A stretch of 60,354 nucleotides of DNA from an uncultured Gammaproteobacteria bacterium (GTDB lineage Bacteria; Patescibacteriota; Patescibacteriia; Magasanikbacterales; GWA2-37-8): positions 1 through 60,354 of the forward strand of contig CAZXML010000006.1 in assembly GCA_964641245.1 (NCBI GenBank), written 5' to 3'. Positions 25,561 to 34,913 of this stretch are shown here, piece by piece. A program made the position numbers and the translations under genes. Numbering within the stretch: the first letter of the stretch is position 1; each line of letters begins with the position of its first letter. Under the pieces are notes generated by a model. It worked only from the letters and a program-made list of their open reading frames with translations, was not told the DNA's origin and searched no databases.

Positions 25561-25656
25561 ATTGAAGGATCGTAATTGACCTTCATCAATCTTCATCAGT
25601 ATTTATCAATCTAGGCAAACGCTTAGTGTATTTTTGCTTTGCCTTATTAATTTTTT

Positions 25657-27006
25657 ATGACACACACAAATCTATTTGAAGCCTTGGGTTGGAAAAAAGG
25701 CTTGGGAGAAGAAGTGGCGCAAGGCAGTTTGCCGGAAGTGCACAAGTCTATTCCTGTGCCCAAACATTATTCATTCTTTAGGAAATTAATGGTCTTTGCC
25801 GGACCCGGTTTTATGGTAGCGGTAGGCTATATGGACCCGGGAAATTGGGCTACCGATTTGGCCGGCGGATCTAAATTCGGTTATGATCTGCTGTTTGTTA
25901 TTTTGTTGTCCAATTGTTTTGCTATGATTCTGCAACATTTGGCCCTGAAACTGGGAATTGTGACCGGCCGGGATTTGGCGCAGATCTGCCGTGATAAATA
26001 TTCACGAAAAACGGCAATATTTTTCTGGTTAATGGCTGAAGTTATGATTGTAGCCTGTGATTTGGCCGAAGTCATCGGTTCGGCGATTGCTTTAAAATTG
26101 TTATTTGGTATTCCCGTTTTGGCCGGTGTAATAATTACCGTCGCGGATGTTTTTGTTATTCTGCTATTACAACGCAGAGGCTTTCGTTATATAGAAGCGG
26201 TGGTTGTGACTTTGATTGCAACTATTACCCTGTCTTTTATTACAGAACTGTTCTTATCCGGTCCGGACGCCATCCCTCTTTTGCAGGGTTTTCTACCCGG
26301 AACAAATTTGTTCCTGAATCCGGAGATGTTGTACATAGGCATTGGTATCTTGGGCGCTACGGTTATGCCTCATAATTTGTATTTGCATTCGGCTATTGTT
26401 CAGACCAGAAATTACGAAGAAACCGAAGAAGGCAAACGCGAAGCGGTAAAATTTGCGACCATCGATTCCACCGTGGCTTTATTTCTGGCCCTCTTTGTTA
26501 ATTCCGCCATCCTAATTGTCTCCGCCGCCACCTTTCACTTCAGCGGTCATACCGGCGTGGCCGAAATTGATGAGGCGTATAAACTTTTTGCGCCACTACT
26601 TGGAACCGGTGTGGCCAGCATTTTGTTCGCAGTCGCTTTGCTGGCTTCCGGGCAAAACTCCACCCTGACCGGCACTTTAGCCGGACAGGTAATTATGGAG
26701 GGTTTTCTAAACTTAAGGGTTAAACCTTGGGTAAGAAGAATTATAACCAGATTGACGGCTATTGTGCCGGCGGTGCTGGTGATAATTATCTACGGCTCCA
26801 AAGGGCTGACTAATTTATTGATATTAAGCCAGGTAATTTTAAGCATTCAACTTTCGTTTGCCGTTTTCCCGTTAATAATGTTTACCGGCAGTAAAAAAGT
26901 GATGGGCAGTTTTGCTAACGGTAAAATTCTGACCGTTGTGTCATGGGTGGTGGCTTTGATAATCGCCGGCTTAAATGTTTGGCTGGTGGTGAATATTTTG
27001 TTGTAG
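25657..27006 (+). CDS. mntH: NRAMP-family divalent metal (Mn2+/Fe2+) transporter.
   Basis: GPGFMVAVGYMDPGNWATDLAGGSKFGY, TVMPHNLYLHS, and about 11 TM segments. Confidence 0.9.
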   Translation: MTHTNLFEALGWKKGLGEEVAQGSLPEVHKSIPVPKHYSFFRKLMVFAGPGFMVAVGYMDPGNWATDLAGGSKFGYDLLFVILLSNCFAMILQHLALKLGIVTGRDLAQICRDKYSRKTAIFFWLMAEVMIVACDLAEVIGSAIALKLLFGIPVLAGVIITVADVFVILLLQRRGFRYIEAVVVTLIATITLSFITELFLSGPDAIPLLQGFLPGTNLFLNPEMLYIGIGILGATVMPHNLYLHSAIVQTRNYEETEEGKREAVKFATIDSTVALFLALFVNSAILIVSAATFHFSGHTGVAEIDEAYKLFAPLLGTGVASILFAVALLASGQNSTLTGTLAGQVIMEGFLNLRVKPWVRRIITRLTAIVPAVLVIIIYGSKGLTNLLILSQVILSIQLSFAVFPLIMFTGSKKVMGSFANGKILTVVSWVVALIIAGLNVWLVVNILL

Positions 27007-27033
27007 GTGACAGTTTACCGCGAGTCTCGTTAA

Positions 27034-27244
27034 TTGTCATTTCGACACCGCGAATGTCATCCCGAGCGAGCCGTAGCGACGAGGGATCTATTCCGATTAT
27101 ACTAAGGTATTTTTCACACACGCTCGGAAATTAAAACAAGTTTTAACTTCTCTCACTTTGTATGAAAAATAAAAAATTATAATCACAATATTATATTAAT
27201 AGGTATAGATCCCTCGTCGGCTAAGACCTCGCTCGGGATGACAA
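27034..27244. mobile_element. Expanded, MITE-like member of the TGTCAT...ATGACA family: ~37-nt terminal inverted repeats enclosing a 115-nt AT-rich core.
   Basis: The left arm tgtcatcccgagcgagccgtagcgacgagggatcta (27055-27090) pairs with the right arm tagatccctcgtcggctaagacctcgctcgggatgaca (27206-27243). An extra truncated terminus, ttgtcatttcgac, sits at 27034. Confidence 0.6.
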
Positions 27245-27290
27245 ATAAAAAATCCTTCCGATTGAGTCGGAAGGATTTTCTTATATTTTT

Positions 27291-28343
27291 TTAATCGTTA
27301 CTCAATTCCTCCCGATAATATTGTTCGTACATTTCCCACAAAGACAAAAGCAGAGCGGTGATAATCGGGCCGATGATAAAACCGGAAACGCCGAAAATTA
27401 ATAAACCGCCCAAGGTGGAAAATAAAATAAGCAGGGGGTGCATTTGGGTGTCTTTGCCGACCAGGATTGGCCGGAGAAAATTGTCTACGGTGGAAATTAC
27501 CAGCATGCCCACAATTACTATCATAGTGCCTTGCCAGATATTGCCTAAAATAAACATTACCACCGCGGCGGGAAGCCAAACTACATAAGAACCAAATCCC
27601 GGCACGATAGAAAAAAGCATCATTATTATTCCCAATATTAAAGCGCCCTCAACGCCCGTAATATAAAACAAAACTCCGCCCAAAAAACCCTGAATCGCCC
27701 CCACAATGAGTGTGCCTTTTAGAACAGCGCGCACAGTAGAGGTAAATTTTTTATACATTATTTCTTCATGCTCATCTCCTAACGGTGAAATGTGTGACAG
27801 TTTTTTCAGTATTTTTTCTCCGTCTTTAAGGAAGAAGAAAAGCGCGTAAATCATGATAACGAACATGATGAGGAAAGTGAGTGAGTTCTGGGTTAAATTT
27901 TTGGCGGCGGTTAAACTAAAGTCCGCGATAGTTTTGGCGATTTCGATAAGTTTGGTTGTGACCTGCTGTTCATCGATATTAAATTTATCGGTGATGGGGT
28001 TGTTTTGTACCCAGCCAATTACGCCTTTTACTGCGCCGACAATAGCGTTCCGGTTATTTGACAAAGAAGTATAAAGGGACAGTGACTCTTTTAGGATTAA
28101 ACCGCTTAATATGGCCACCGGAATAATAATTACAATCAAAACCAGAAGTATTGTGATTAAGGAGCTGATGTTGGCATGTTTGATTTTGGATTTGATTTTT
28201 TTAAATACCGGATAAAAAATACCGGCAATTATGGCAGACCAGAAAATAGGATAAAAAAACGGTTTGATGAGGAAGAAAAAGATGATGGTGATGAGGATGA
28301 GAAAGGTAAAAAAGGTGAGGTTTTTAAATTTGGAGAAGTTCAT
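27291..28343 (-). CDS. AI-2E family transporter (PerM/UPF0118).
   Basis: A polytopic membrane protein with the family-typical C-terminal block VDNFLRPILVGKDTQMHPLLILFSTLGG. Confidence 0.75.
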   Translation of the reverse strand: MNFSKFKNLTFFTFLILITIIFFFLIKPFFYPIFWSAIIAGIFYPVFKKIKSKIKHANISSLITILLVLIVIIIPVAILSGLILKESLSLYTSLSNNRNAIVGAVKGVIGWVQNNPITDKFNIDEQQVTTKLIEIAKTIADFSLTAAKNLTQNSLTFLIMFVIMIYALFFFLKDGEKILKKLSHISPLGDEHEEIMYKKFTSTVRAVLKGTLIVGAIQGFLGGVLFYITGVEGALILGIIMMLFSIVPGFGSYVVWLPAAVVMFILGNIWQGTMIVIVGMLVISTVDNFLRPILVGKDTQMHPLLILFSTLGGLLIFGVSGFIIGPIITALLLSLWEMYEQYYREELSND

Positions 28344-28347
28344 AGCA

Positions 28348-28380
28348 GAAGTATTATGTATTAAGTATTATGTATTAAGC
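28348..28380. repeat. Tandem GTATTATGTATTAA words (half-site of the AT-rich word family).
   Basis: agaagtattatgtattaagtattatgtattaagc. Confidence 0.6.
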
Positions 28381-28401
28381 GTTGGCATTGTGAGTGTCTA
28401 A

Positions 28402-28484
28402 TTGTCATCCTGAGCATAGCGAAGGATCTCTGTCTCAACTGATCGACGACGGACAGAGATTATTCATTGCATTCAGAATGACAA
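28402..28484. repeat. TTGTCAT...ATGACAA element, GATCTCTGTC/GACAGAGAT subtype.
   Basis: ttgtcatcctgagcatagcgaaggatctctgtc-tcaactgatcgacgacg-gacagagattattcattgcattcagaatgacaaa. Confidence 0.85.
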
Positions 28485-28501
28485 AATAATTATACCACAA
28501 C

Positions 28502-29911
28502 CTAACCCTGCTTCAAAACCTCTTTTAGCGTTTCTTTGGAAATTATTTTAAAAATCATAACCAATGCGCCATATACCAGTACGCCGGTAAGAACCGAGAT
28601 TATGATATTAGCCGGTTGCAGTTCGTACACAATCACGCCCATTATAGTACTGGCCAGTACTATTTTCCCCAGCGATTTAAAGCGGGGAGTAAAATTGGCA
28701 TAATGATTGGCTAAAAGCATTAGCGCCAGGCCGGCATAAAGCTCGGAGAATATGGAAACGCCGGCGGCGCCGTAGATGCCGTACCTGGGAATAAAAATAA
28801 AATAGGCGATGGTGGTTAGAACCGCATCAGAAATGTAAATCCACACAGCTTGTCGTTGGCGGTCTATGGCCAGAGCAATATAACCGAAGATGTTACCGAA
28901 GGTAATGCCCAATATGGCCACGGATAAAAACTGCAAAATTCGGCCGGAACCGGCGAATTCCGCTCCGCCTACTAAAACCATAATTGGATTGGCTAAAACC
29001 AAAATCCCGGCCATCATCGGCGCTAAAATTAGGGCTACTAAATCCAAACTGGTTTGGTATCTTTTTTTAAATTCTTCGGTTAAATTCCGCGACCAGGCAA
29101 ATGCTACCAGCGGCATCATAATGCCCATAATCATTCCGGCGCTTTGGGTAATAATATCCAGTATGCGATAGGCCGCGCCGTAGAGAGCGACGTCCGTTTG
29201 AGAAACATACAAAGGCAAAATAACCCGGTCGCCCTGCAAATAAAAAACATTAAAGATAACCGTGGTCGCTGTAGGCCACATTTTATAAAAAATGGCTTTG
29301 GAGATTGTCCGATCAATTGCAAATTTTACTTTTGGACTTTTTTGCCAGAGATAGAAAGTATAGATGACCGAAGCTAAAGTGATAACACCCATGGTTGGCA
29401 GGAAGCCATAATTTTTCGCCGAGATCAAAAACAAACCTAACACCAAAATGATTCTACCCAGCACTTCGCCGGTTGTTTGAATAATCATTTTTAATTGCGA
29501 CTGGCAGTAGCCGATAAAAATATTGTTTAATGAAATGGCAAAAAAGGATAAAGACATTATGGCCACGGCCCACTTAATCGGCGCGGGGTAGGGGAATAAC
29601 AAAATAACCAACGGCGCCAAAAGTTGAAAGAATAAAGCAGTGATAAATCTCCAGGTAAATAAATTATTTAAAAGGCTGGATTTATCAAATTCCGGTTCGG
29701 AGAGCATTTTGGCCGTGATGATGGTGAAGCCAAAGTCGCTGAAAATGCCAACAAATTGTAAAAAGCCGGTGGCAGTAACGTACCAGCCGAACTTTTCCAC
29801 GCCTAAAGCGCGGGTCATGATACCAACTGCGACAAGCCCAAGCATAGTGCTGATGACTTTGCCGACGATTTGGATGGAGGTGTTTTTGGCGATTGATTTG
29901 GTGAGGGACAT
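28502..29911 (-). CDS. Polysaccharide/oligosaccharide flippase (MOP superfamily, Wzx/MurJ-like).
   Basis: 469 aa with about 12-14 TM segments. The N-terminal KNTSIQIVGKVISTMLGLV pattern is typical of PST-family flippases. Confidence 0.6.
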   Translation of the reverse strand: MSLTKSIAKNTSIQIVGKVISTMLGLVAVGIMTRALGVEKFGWYVTATGFLQFVGIFSDFGFTIITAKMLSEPEFDKSSLLNNLFTWRFITALFFQLLAPLVILLFPYPAPIKWAVAIMSLSFFAISLNNIFIGYCQSQLKMIIQTTGEVLGRIILVLGLFLISAKNYGFLPTMGVITLASVIYTFYLWQKSPKVKFAIDRTISKAIFYKMWPTATTVIFNVFYLQGDRVILPLYVSQTDVALYGAAYRILDIITQSAGMIMGIMMPLVAFAWSRNLTEEFKKRYQTSLDLVALILAPMMAGILVLANPIMVLVGGAEFAGSGRILQFLSVAILGITFGNIFGYIALAIDRQRQAVWIYISDAVLTTIAYFIFIPRYGIYGAAGVSIFSELYAGLALMLLANHYANFTPRFKSLGKIVLASTIMGVIVYELQPANIIISVLTGVLVYGALVMIFKIISKETLKEVLKQG

Positions 29912-29914
29912 AAA

Positions 29915-29977
29915 TTAAGGCAGAATAAGGCAAGTAAAGCAGAATAAAGCAAAGTAAGGCAGATTAAGCAAAGTAAG
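29915..29977. repeat. About three copies of a ~20-nt degenerate tandem repeat in a divergent promoter region.
   Basis: taaggcagaataaggcaag / taaagcagaataaagcaaag / taaggcagattaagcaaag. Confidence 0.7.
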
Positions 29978-30064
29978 TATAACAATTGTCGAAGTGGATA
30001 GCAACCAGAAGACCTGCCTGCCGGCTGGACAATATTTCTGGTATTGTGTTAACATTATGCCAAT

Positions 30065-31069
30065 ATGCGTCAAAATCAATATCTGACAAAAACTGCTTTG
30101 TTAATTGCTTCGGGCGTATTTTTTTTAATTTTTAGTCCAACTTTTGCCCAAACTATCATCAACTCTGTAACAACAGACGAGTCCAGCACCTCTACCGTGC
30201 AAACTCGCGAACTGATTGCCGAGCCAATTATCCGCGTTGGTTTGTATAAAACTAATGAGGCGGTTAAATTTGTTTCAGATTTTTCTTATGAAGTTTGGAG
30301 TGGGGAGAAATTAAGAGGGGTGATTGCGGCGGGCCAAACTACAACTTTGAGTTACAAAAATGGCCAGTATAGCATTAAGGGCGCTGGCATGGAATTTAGC
30401 TTATTTGATTATTTTCGTTTGATTCCTCAAGAGCCAAGCATTTTTTTTACTTTAGTCAGTTATCAGCGGCCGGTCGCCGGACGAAAAAAAATTAATTTTA
30501 ATGTGTATCGCGGAACGCTGGAATTTCGTTATTCACCAAAAAGCAAACAGTCTTATATTATAAATGAATTGCCGTTGGATTATTACACAGCCGGCGTGGC
30601 CGAAACCCACGATTCCGCTCCTATAGAATATATCAAAGCCCTAATGGTGGCCGTGCGGTCTTATGCCTATTCGCATATCAGCAAAAATCCGCCCACAGAA
30701 AAAAGAATGTTTGATGTTTACGCCACTACGGTGGATCAAATTTATCTTGGCTATAATTCGGAACTGTTTATGCCGAACGTAACCGCCGCGGCCAATGATA
30801 CTGCCGGCCAAATGGTAACCTACAAAGGCAACCCGGTACCCACTCCATATTTCAGTCACTCCAACGGCAACACCAAGAACTGGAAAACAAAAGATAGGCC
30901 GTGGTTAAAAAGTGTTATTGCTAAATATGACAAAGGCAAAAAAATGTATGGCCACGGTATGGGAATGAGCAACAATGATGCCATCAAACGCGCGCAAAAA
31001 GACGGCTGGACTTATGATCAAATCCTTCAGTACTATTACACTAGTACGACGATAGAGAAGATATATTAG
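30065..31069 (+). CDS. SpoIID/LytB domain protein (peptidoglycan remodelling).
   Basis: Signal peptide is present. Motifs are YTAGVAETHDSAPIEYIKALMVAVRSYA, DQIYLGY and YFSHSNGNT. Confidence 0.7.
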   Translation: MRQNQYLTKTALLIASGVFFLIFSPTFAQTIINSVTTDESSTSTVQTRELIAEPIIRVGLYKTNEAVKFVSDFSYEVWSGEKLRGVIAAGQTTTLSYKNGQYSIKGAGMEFSLFDYFRLIPQEPSIFFTLVSYQRPVAGRKKINFNVYRGTLEFRYSPKSKQSYIINELPLDYYTAGVAETHDSAPIEYIKALMVAVRSYAYSHISKNPPTEKRMFDVYATTVDQIYLGYNSELFMPNVTAAANDTAGQMVTYKGNPVPTPYFSHSNGNTKNWKTKDRPWLKSVIAKYDKGKKMYGHGMGMSNNDAIKRAQKDGWTYDQILQYYYTSTTIEKIY

Positions 31070-31605
31070 TGTTTCTCGTGGTATTTTTTGTCTTCTGCCG
31101 CCAGGTTTAGAATTTCTTCGCGTAATTTGTTTGGGTTAGACACGTTTCTAAAAATAAATTTTGGGACAGGGCCGGCGGTTTGTAGGTTTAAGTTGCCGTA
31201 ATTAAAAATTGAGGGGAAAATTCCGTGTACTTCGGAAGAAGCGTCTTGAATTTGATATAAATCAACTTCAGACACTGTTCGCGCGAACAGTGTTTTTTGT
31301 TCCACGTCCAGCAGGCGGTCGTTGGTTATAACCCATAAATCCAAATGAAAAGTGACAAAATAAGTATAAAAAAATAAAATAACGGATAAATAATAAATAC
31401 CGGCCAGCAGAACTGCGGCCACGTAATAAATAGGATTTTGTAAAAGTACGCTAAGTGTATTTAAAATGAGCCAGTACAAACCAACCGGTATGGCCAGCAG
31501 AACCACAAAAAATAAAATTACCGGTAAAAATGTTATCCAGTGTCGGCGGACAACGTACATTATTTTTTCGTAACCTTTTTGCTGGAAAAGTTTGCTTGGA
31601 TTCAT
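31066..31605 (-). CDS. Membrane protein with a bacterial PH (YdbS/YdbT-like) domain.
   Basis: RRHWITFLP, then two TM segments, then VITNDRLLDVEQK...NLQTAG. Confidence 0.5.
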   Translation of the reverse strand: MNPSKLFQQKGYEKIMYVVRRHWITFLPVILFFVVLLAIPVGLYWLILNTLSVLLQNPIYYVAAVLLAGIYYLSVILFFYTYFVTFHLDLWVITNDRLLDVEQKTLFARTVSEVDLYQIQDASSEVHGIFPSIFNYGNLNLQTAGPVPKFIFRNVSNPNKLREEILNLAAEDKKYHEKH

Positions 31606-31616
31606 AGTGTGAAAAG

Positions 31617-31880
31617 TTAAAAAATATTATTCTGATTGCCGGACCAACTTCCGCCCCAAATTATAACCGGCTGTGTCCAATCTGTTCCTTGTAATAAATC
31701 CCAGGTGACAAAAATAATTAGGGCGGAAACGGTAATAACAAATATTGTAACCAAAAAACTGGAAAAGGAATTGGTCCCGGTTAATAAAATATGAAAAAAA
31801 TTCACGGCGAAGAAAACAATAAATACAATTAAAAATAAAGCGTAAATAACGAGCAGACTGTAGAGGGGAACGGAAAGCAT
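31617..31880 (-). CDS. Small hydrophobic membrane protein (3 TM).
   Basis: An 87-aa ORF that is almost entirely hydrophobic, located in the ruvB-downstream operon. Confidence 0.45.
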   Translation of the reverse strand: MLSVPLYSLLVIYALFLIVFIVFFAVNFFHILLTGTNSFSSFLVTIFVITVSALIIFVTWDLLQGTDWTQPVIIWGGSWSGNQNNIF

Positions 31881-31897
31881 AATTTTTTAATTTTAAT

Positions 31898-31977
31898 TTG
31901 TCATCCTGAACAAGGTGAAGGATCCCTGTCTGTTTGGTAATTAAGACAGAGATTCTTCGTTTCACTCAGAATGACAA
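31898..31977. repeat. TTGTCAT...ATGACAA element, CTGTC/GACAG subtype; it overlaps the ruvB stop codon.
   Basis: ttgtcatcctgaacaaggtgaaggatccctgtc-tgtttggtaattaa-gacagagattcttcgtttcactcagaatgacaa. Confidence 0.85.
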
Positions 31978-33069
31978 TTGATTGATTGTTGGTTCTTTAT
32001 ATCCTAAATGTTTGTATGCCGCCGGAGTGGCTTTGCGTCCGCGGGGAGTGCGTTCCAAAAATCCCATTTGTAATAAAAATGGTTCGTAGATAGTTTCGAT
32101 TGTGTCCATTTCTTCGCTGATGGCGGCGGCCAAGGTGTTAAGCCCGGCCGGTCCGCCGGCAAATTTATTTATTAAAGTATCTAGCAGACGGCGGTCAATT
32201 TCGTCCAGACCCAGTTCATCTATGGCCAGCATGCTTAAGGCTTCGCCGGCAATTTGTTTATTTATTTTTTTATCGTTATGGCGGACTTGCGCAAAATCCC
32301 GCACGCGTTTTAATAAACGGTTGGCAATGCGCGGAGTACGGCGGGAACGTTCGGCAATTAGCGCGCCGGCATCCGTTTCTATATCCATATTTAAAATTTT
32401 GGCATTGCGAAGCAGTATGGTTTCAATATCGCCGTGTTCATAAAAATCCAAATGAAAAGTGTGGCCAAAACGGTCGCGCAGGGGAGCGGAAATTAAACCG
32501 ATTTTGGTGGTGGCGCCGATAAGGGTAAATTTGGATAAAGGCATGCGGATAGTGCGCGCGGCCGGGCCTTTGCCAATAATAATGTCTAAAGAATAATCTT
32601 CCAGCGCCGGGTACAAAACTTCTTCTATGGTTTTATTTAAACGGTGAATTTCATCTATAAAAAGAACCTCGCCGTCTTGCAGGTTGGATAAAATAGCGGC
32701 CAAGTCGCCCACTTTTTCTAAAGCCGGGCCGGAGGTGACTTTGATGTTGCTGTTCATTTCGCGCGCAATAATGTTGGCCAGAGTGGTTTTGCCTAAACCG
32801 GGGTTTCCGTAAAGCAAAATATGTTCCAGCATTTCGCCGCGCTTGGTGGCGGCTTCCATGGAAATTCCCAAATTTTGTTTTATTTGCGCCTGCCCGATAA
32901 AATCCGCCAGTTTTTGCGGACGCAAACTATTGTCAAAGACAACTTCTTCTTCATTTACTTCTGGCGCGGTTAGGTTGGATTGTTCTTCACTCCCTGCGGG
33001 AGTACCCCCGTATGAGGTTTGGTTTGAATCTTGCATATATGGGTTAATTATATGATAAACGGATAGCAA
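31966..33069 (-). CDS. ruvB: Holliday junction branch migration helicase RuvB (start uncertain; N-terminal extension).
   Basis: [12 protein letters not shown], Walker [20 protein letters not shown], and a [14 protein letters not shown] arginine-finger region. Confidence 0.9.
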   Translation of the reverse strand: MLSVYHIINPYMQDSNQTSYGGTPAGSEEQSNLTAPEVNEEEVVFDNSLRPQKLADFIGQAQIKQNLGISMEAATKRGEMLEHILLYGNPGLGKTTLANIIAREMNSNIKVTSGPALEKVGDLAAILSNLQDGEVLFIDEIHRLNKTIEEVLYPALEDYSLDIIIGKGPAARTIRMPLSKFTLIGATTKIGLISAPLRDRFGHTFHLDFYEHGDIETILLRNAKILNMDIETDAGALIAERSRRTPRIANRLLKRVRDFAQVRHNDKKINKQIAGEALSMLAIDELGLDEIDRRLLDTLINKFAGGPAGLNTLAAAISEEMDTIETIYEPFLLQMGFLERTPRGRKATPAAYKHLGYKEPTINQLSF

Positions 33070-33103
33070 AGTCCAATTGTAAATGATTGGAAATTAGAAA
33101 TTT

Positions 33104-33127
33104 AAAAAAGGCGACATTGCTGTCGCC
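33104..33127 (-). terminator. Rho-independent terminator of the deaminase-like gene.
   Basis: On the minus strand: GGCGACA-gcaa-TGTCGCC followed by TTTTTT. Confidence 0.65.
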
Positions 33128-33143
33128 CTGAAGCCGTGAAGAA

Positions 33144-34154
33144 TTATTGTCGTCTGAGCCCCCGAAAATAGTTGGCCAGATTTTCAATAAACTCCTGTCC
33201 AAAACTACGTGGATTAAAGGCGAAAGGAATCCATTCTTTTACGCTGGTTTTCCACGCGCCGGTTACTCGTTTTTGAGCATCGTATGTCACGAGCCAGACA
33301 GGCGGATCATTTTCTCGACCGGCAAGCAACTCTGCCTGCAGGTTCAGTTCCAGCAAATGCTGGCGATCCTTGTACGTCACTTGCGGCGCGCCTCCGCCAA
33401 AATTTTCGCAAACGATAATCACCGATTGCACAGATGGGTCATTTGCCCTTCTGGCTTGTCGGATGGCGTCGCGGAGCGCGTAGATTGGATGATAGTCGCA
33501 CATGATATCGCGCGCGCCAATGAAATAATTGATTTGCGTAGCAATAAGCGCGTGGTAGCGGCGTTCGGGGTGGATGTATTCTGAAGAGTAGGCATCATTT
33601 ACCAGTAACGCGCCATCCCTAATTACTACTTTGATTTTTTTCTGTATGTCTGGGGAGATACTGCCAATATCCAAACTTCTAAACCCGGAAAAGAGGTACT
33701 GGCTCATCTTGGCAACAACCGCGACACCGCCATCGGCCGCGCCCGAGACAATCTCGAAATCCGCGCCCAAATCTTCGAGCATGATATCCCGGCAATTGCC
33801 GCACGGCCCCGAAATGTTTTCAGGGTTTCCGTCAATAATTCCCAGAATAGCTTCTTCGACGTTTGTTCTTCCATAATGAGAACGGAAGGTCGCCACAGCC
33901 GTTTCTTCTCCGTGCAGTGCTTGGCAGAGGCCATATTCAATGTTACCAGCCGGCAACATCTTGTTTTGGACCGAACCAACACCTGTCCTTACCATATAAT
34001 TGGAGAACTGAGGATGTGAAACAACCGATTTCTCGGCCACCTCTAAAGCCTCGGCATACTTTTTGACCCGCGCTTTTTGCGCCGGGGAGAGGTCAACCAA
34101 ATTCATACCACCGCTTGAATTAAGTTGCGCCGCCTTGAAGTTCCATTTGCCCAT
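33144..34154 (-). CDS. Two-domain cytidine/deoxycytidine deaminase-like protein.
   Basis: A zinc-ligand pattern is present: ALHGEETA (H-x-E) and PCGNCRDIM (PCxxC). The second half lacks these ligands, as in two-domain Cdd. Confidence 0.5.
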   Translation of the reverse strand: MGKWNFKAAQLNSSGGMNLVDLSPAQKARVKKYAEALEVAEKSVVSHPQFSNYMVRTGVGSVQNKMLPAGNIEYGLCQALHGEETAVATFRSHYGRTNVEEAILGIIDGNPENISGPCGNCRDIMLEDLGADFEIVSGAADGGVAVVAKMSQYLFSGFRSLDIGSISPDIQKKIKVVIRDGALLVNDAYSSEYIHPERRYHALIATQINYFIGARDIMCDYHPIYALRDAIRQARRANDPSVQSVIIVCENFGGGAPQVTYKDRQHLLELNLQAELLAGRENDPPVWLVTYDAQKRVTGAWKTSVKEWIPFAFNPRSFGQEFIENLANYFRGLRRQ

Positions 34155-34295
34155 TGGGTTCTCCTTTGTTTTTTCCTAAACCCAATATATCCCGCTAATT
34201 GGAATTTGGCAAGTTTATTTGGTATAAAAAAAGTGCCTGGCGCTATGTAGTAGCCACCAGGCCTGTTTGCTTCACTCGCAGAAGTGTGACAGAGA

Positions 34296-34799
34296 TTATG
34301 TTTGGAACTTGGCTCTGTACTTGATGAGAGCCACCTTGAGAGCGTCCAAGCTCCGCACCATCTCACCGCCGTACGCGTAGATGAAGTGCTCGACTTGCAG
34401 ATTGACGACACTGCCGTCATTGTCCGAGGCCAGACGGAAGTCGCCTCGATAGCCGATAGTCGGCTTCCCCAACATCGCGCCGCACGCGATCTCCGCGGCC
34501 GTGCCACTGTCCACGTCAATGCCATCCAGTACGGCGATAATAATGTCTGACTCCCTGATGGCATTTTCGTTGTTGCGCCCGATGATGGGGTTGAGCTTCT
34601 CCCAGGCCTGCTTTTTTTCCGGGCCATACGGGAGGTCAAGAGCGACCTTGATCAGCTCAAATGGAGTCAGCTCCCACGGATCACGGATGTCAAACCCCGC
34701 CGCAATTACCAGGGGGATGAGTACCGTCTTGTGGAAATGACTGCCAACTTCGGAAAAACCCAACGGGCCGGCGAGATACGCAATCGGATTCGGTTTCAT
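34296..34799 (-). CDS. Nucleoside 2-deoxyribosyltransferase family protein.
   Basis: AYLAGPLGFSE N-terminal motif and DGIDVDSGTAAEIACGAMLGKP catalytic-Glu motif. Confidence 0.7.
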   Translation of the reverse strand: MKPNPIAYLAGPLGFSEVGSHFHKTVLIPLVIAAGFDIRDPWELTPFELIKVALDLPYGPEKKQAWEKLNPIIGRNNENAIRESDIIIAVLDGIDVDSGTAAEIACGAMLGKPTIGYRGDFRLASDNDGSVVNLQVEHFIYAYGGEMVRSLDALKVALIKYRAKFQT

Positions 34800-34913
34800 G
34801 ACGCTTCCCTCTCTTTCTTATTTTAAAGTGTAGCAGATGTGTATTACCAACGCAAGTACTTGTCAGTATCTTCTATATTTGTTAATCTTGAACAAGAAAG
34901 GAAGGAAACAAAT

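Noticed and set aside
25561-25656. A Mn-responsive operator or yybP-ykoY riboswitch upstream of mntH, based on the inverted repeat TAGGCAAA...TTTGCCTTA.
   Set aside because: There is only a loose resemblance to DtxR/MntR-type boxes. The leader is under 100 nt and lacks the conserved riboswitch helices. The evidence is not strong enough to annotate.
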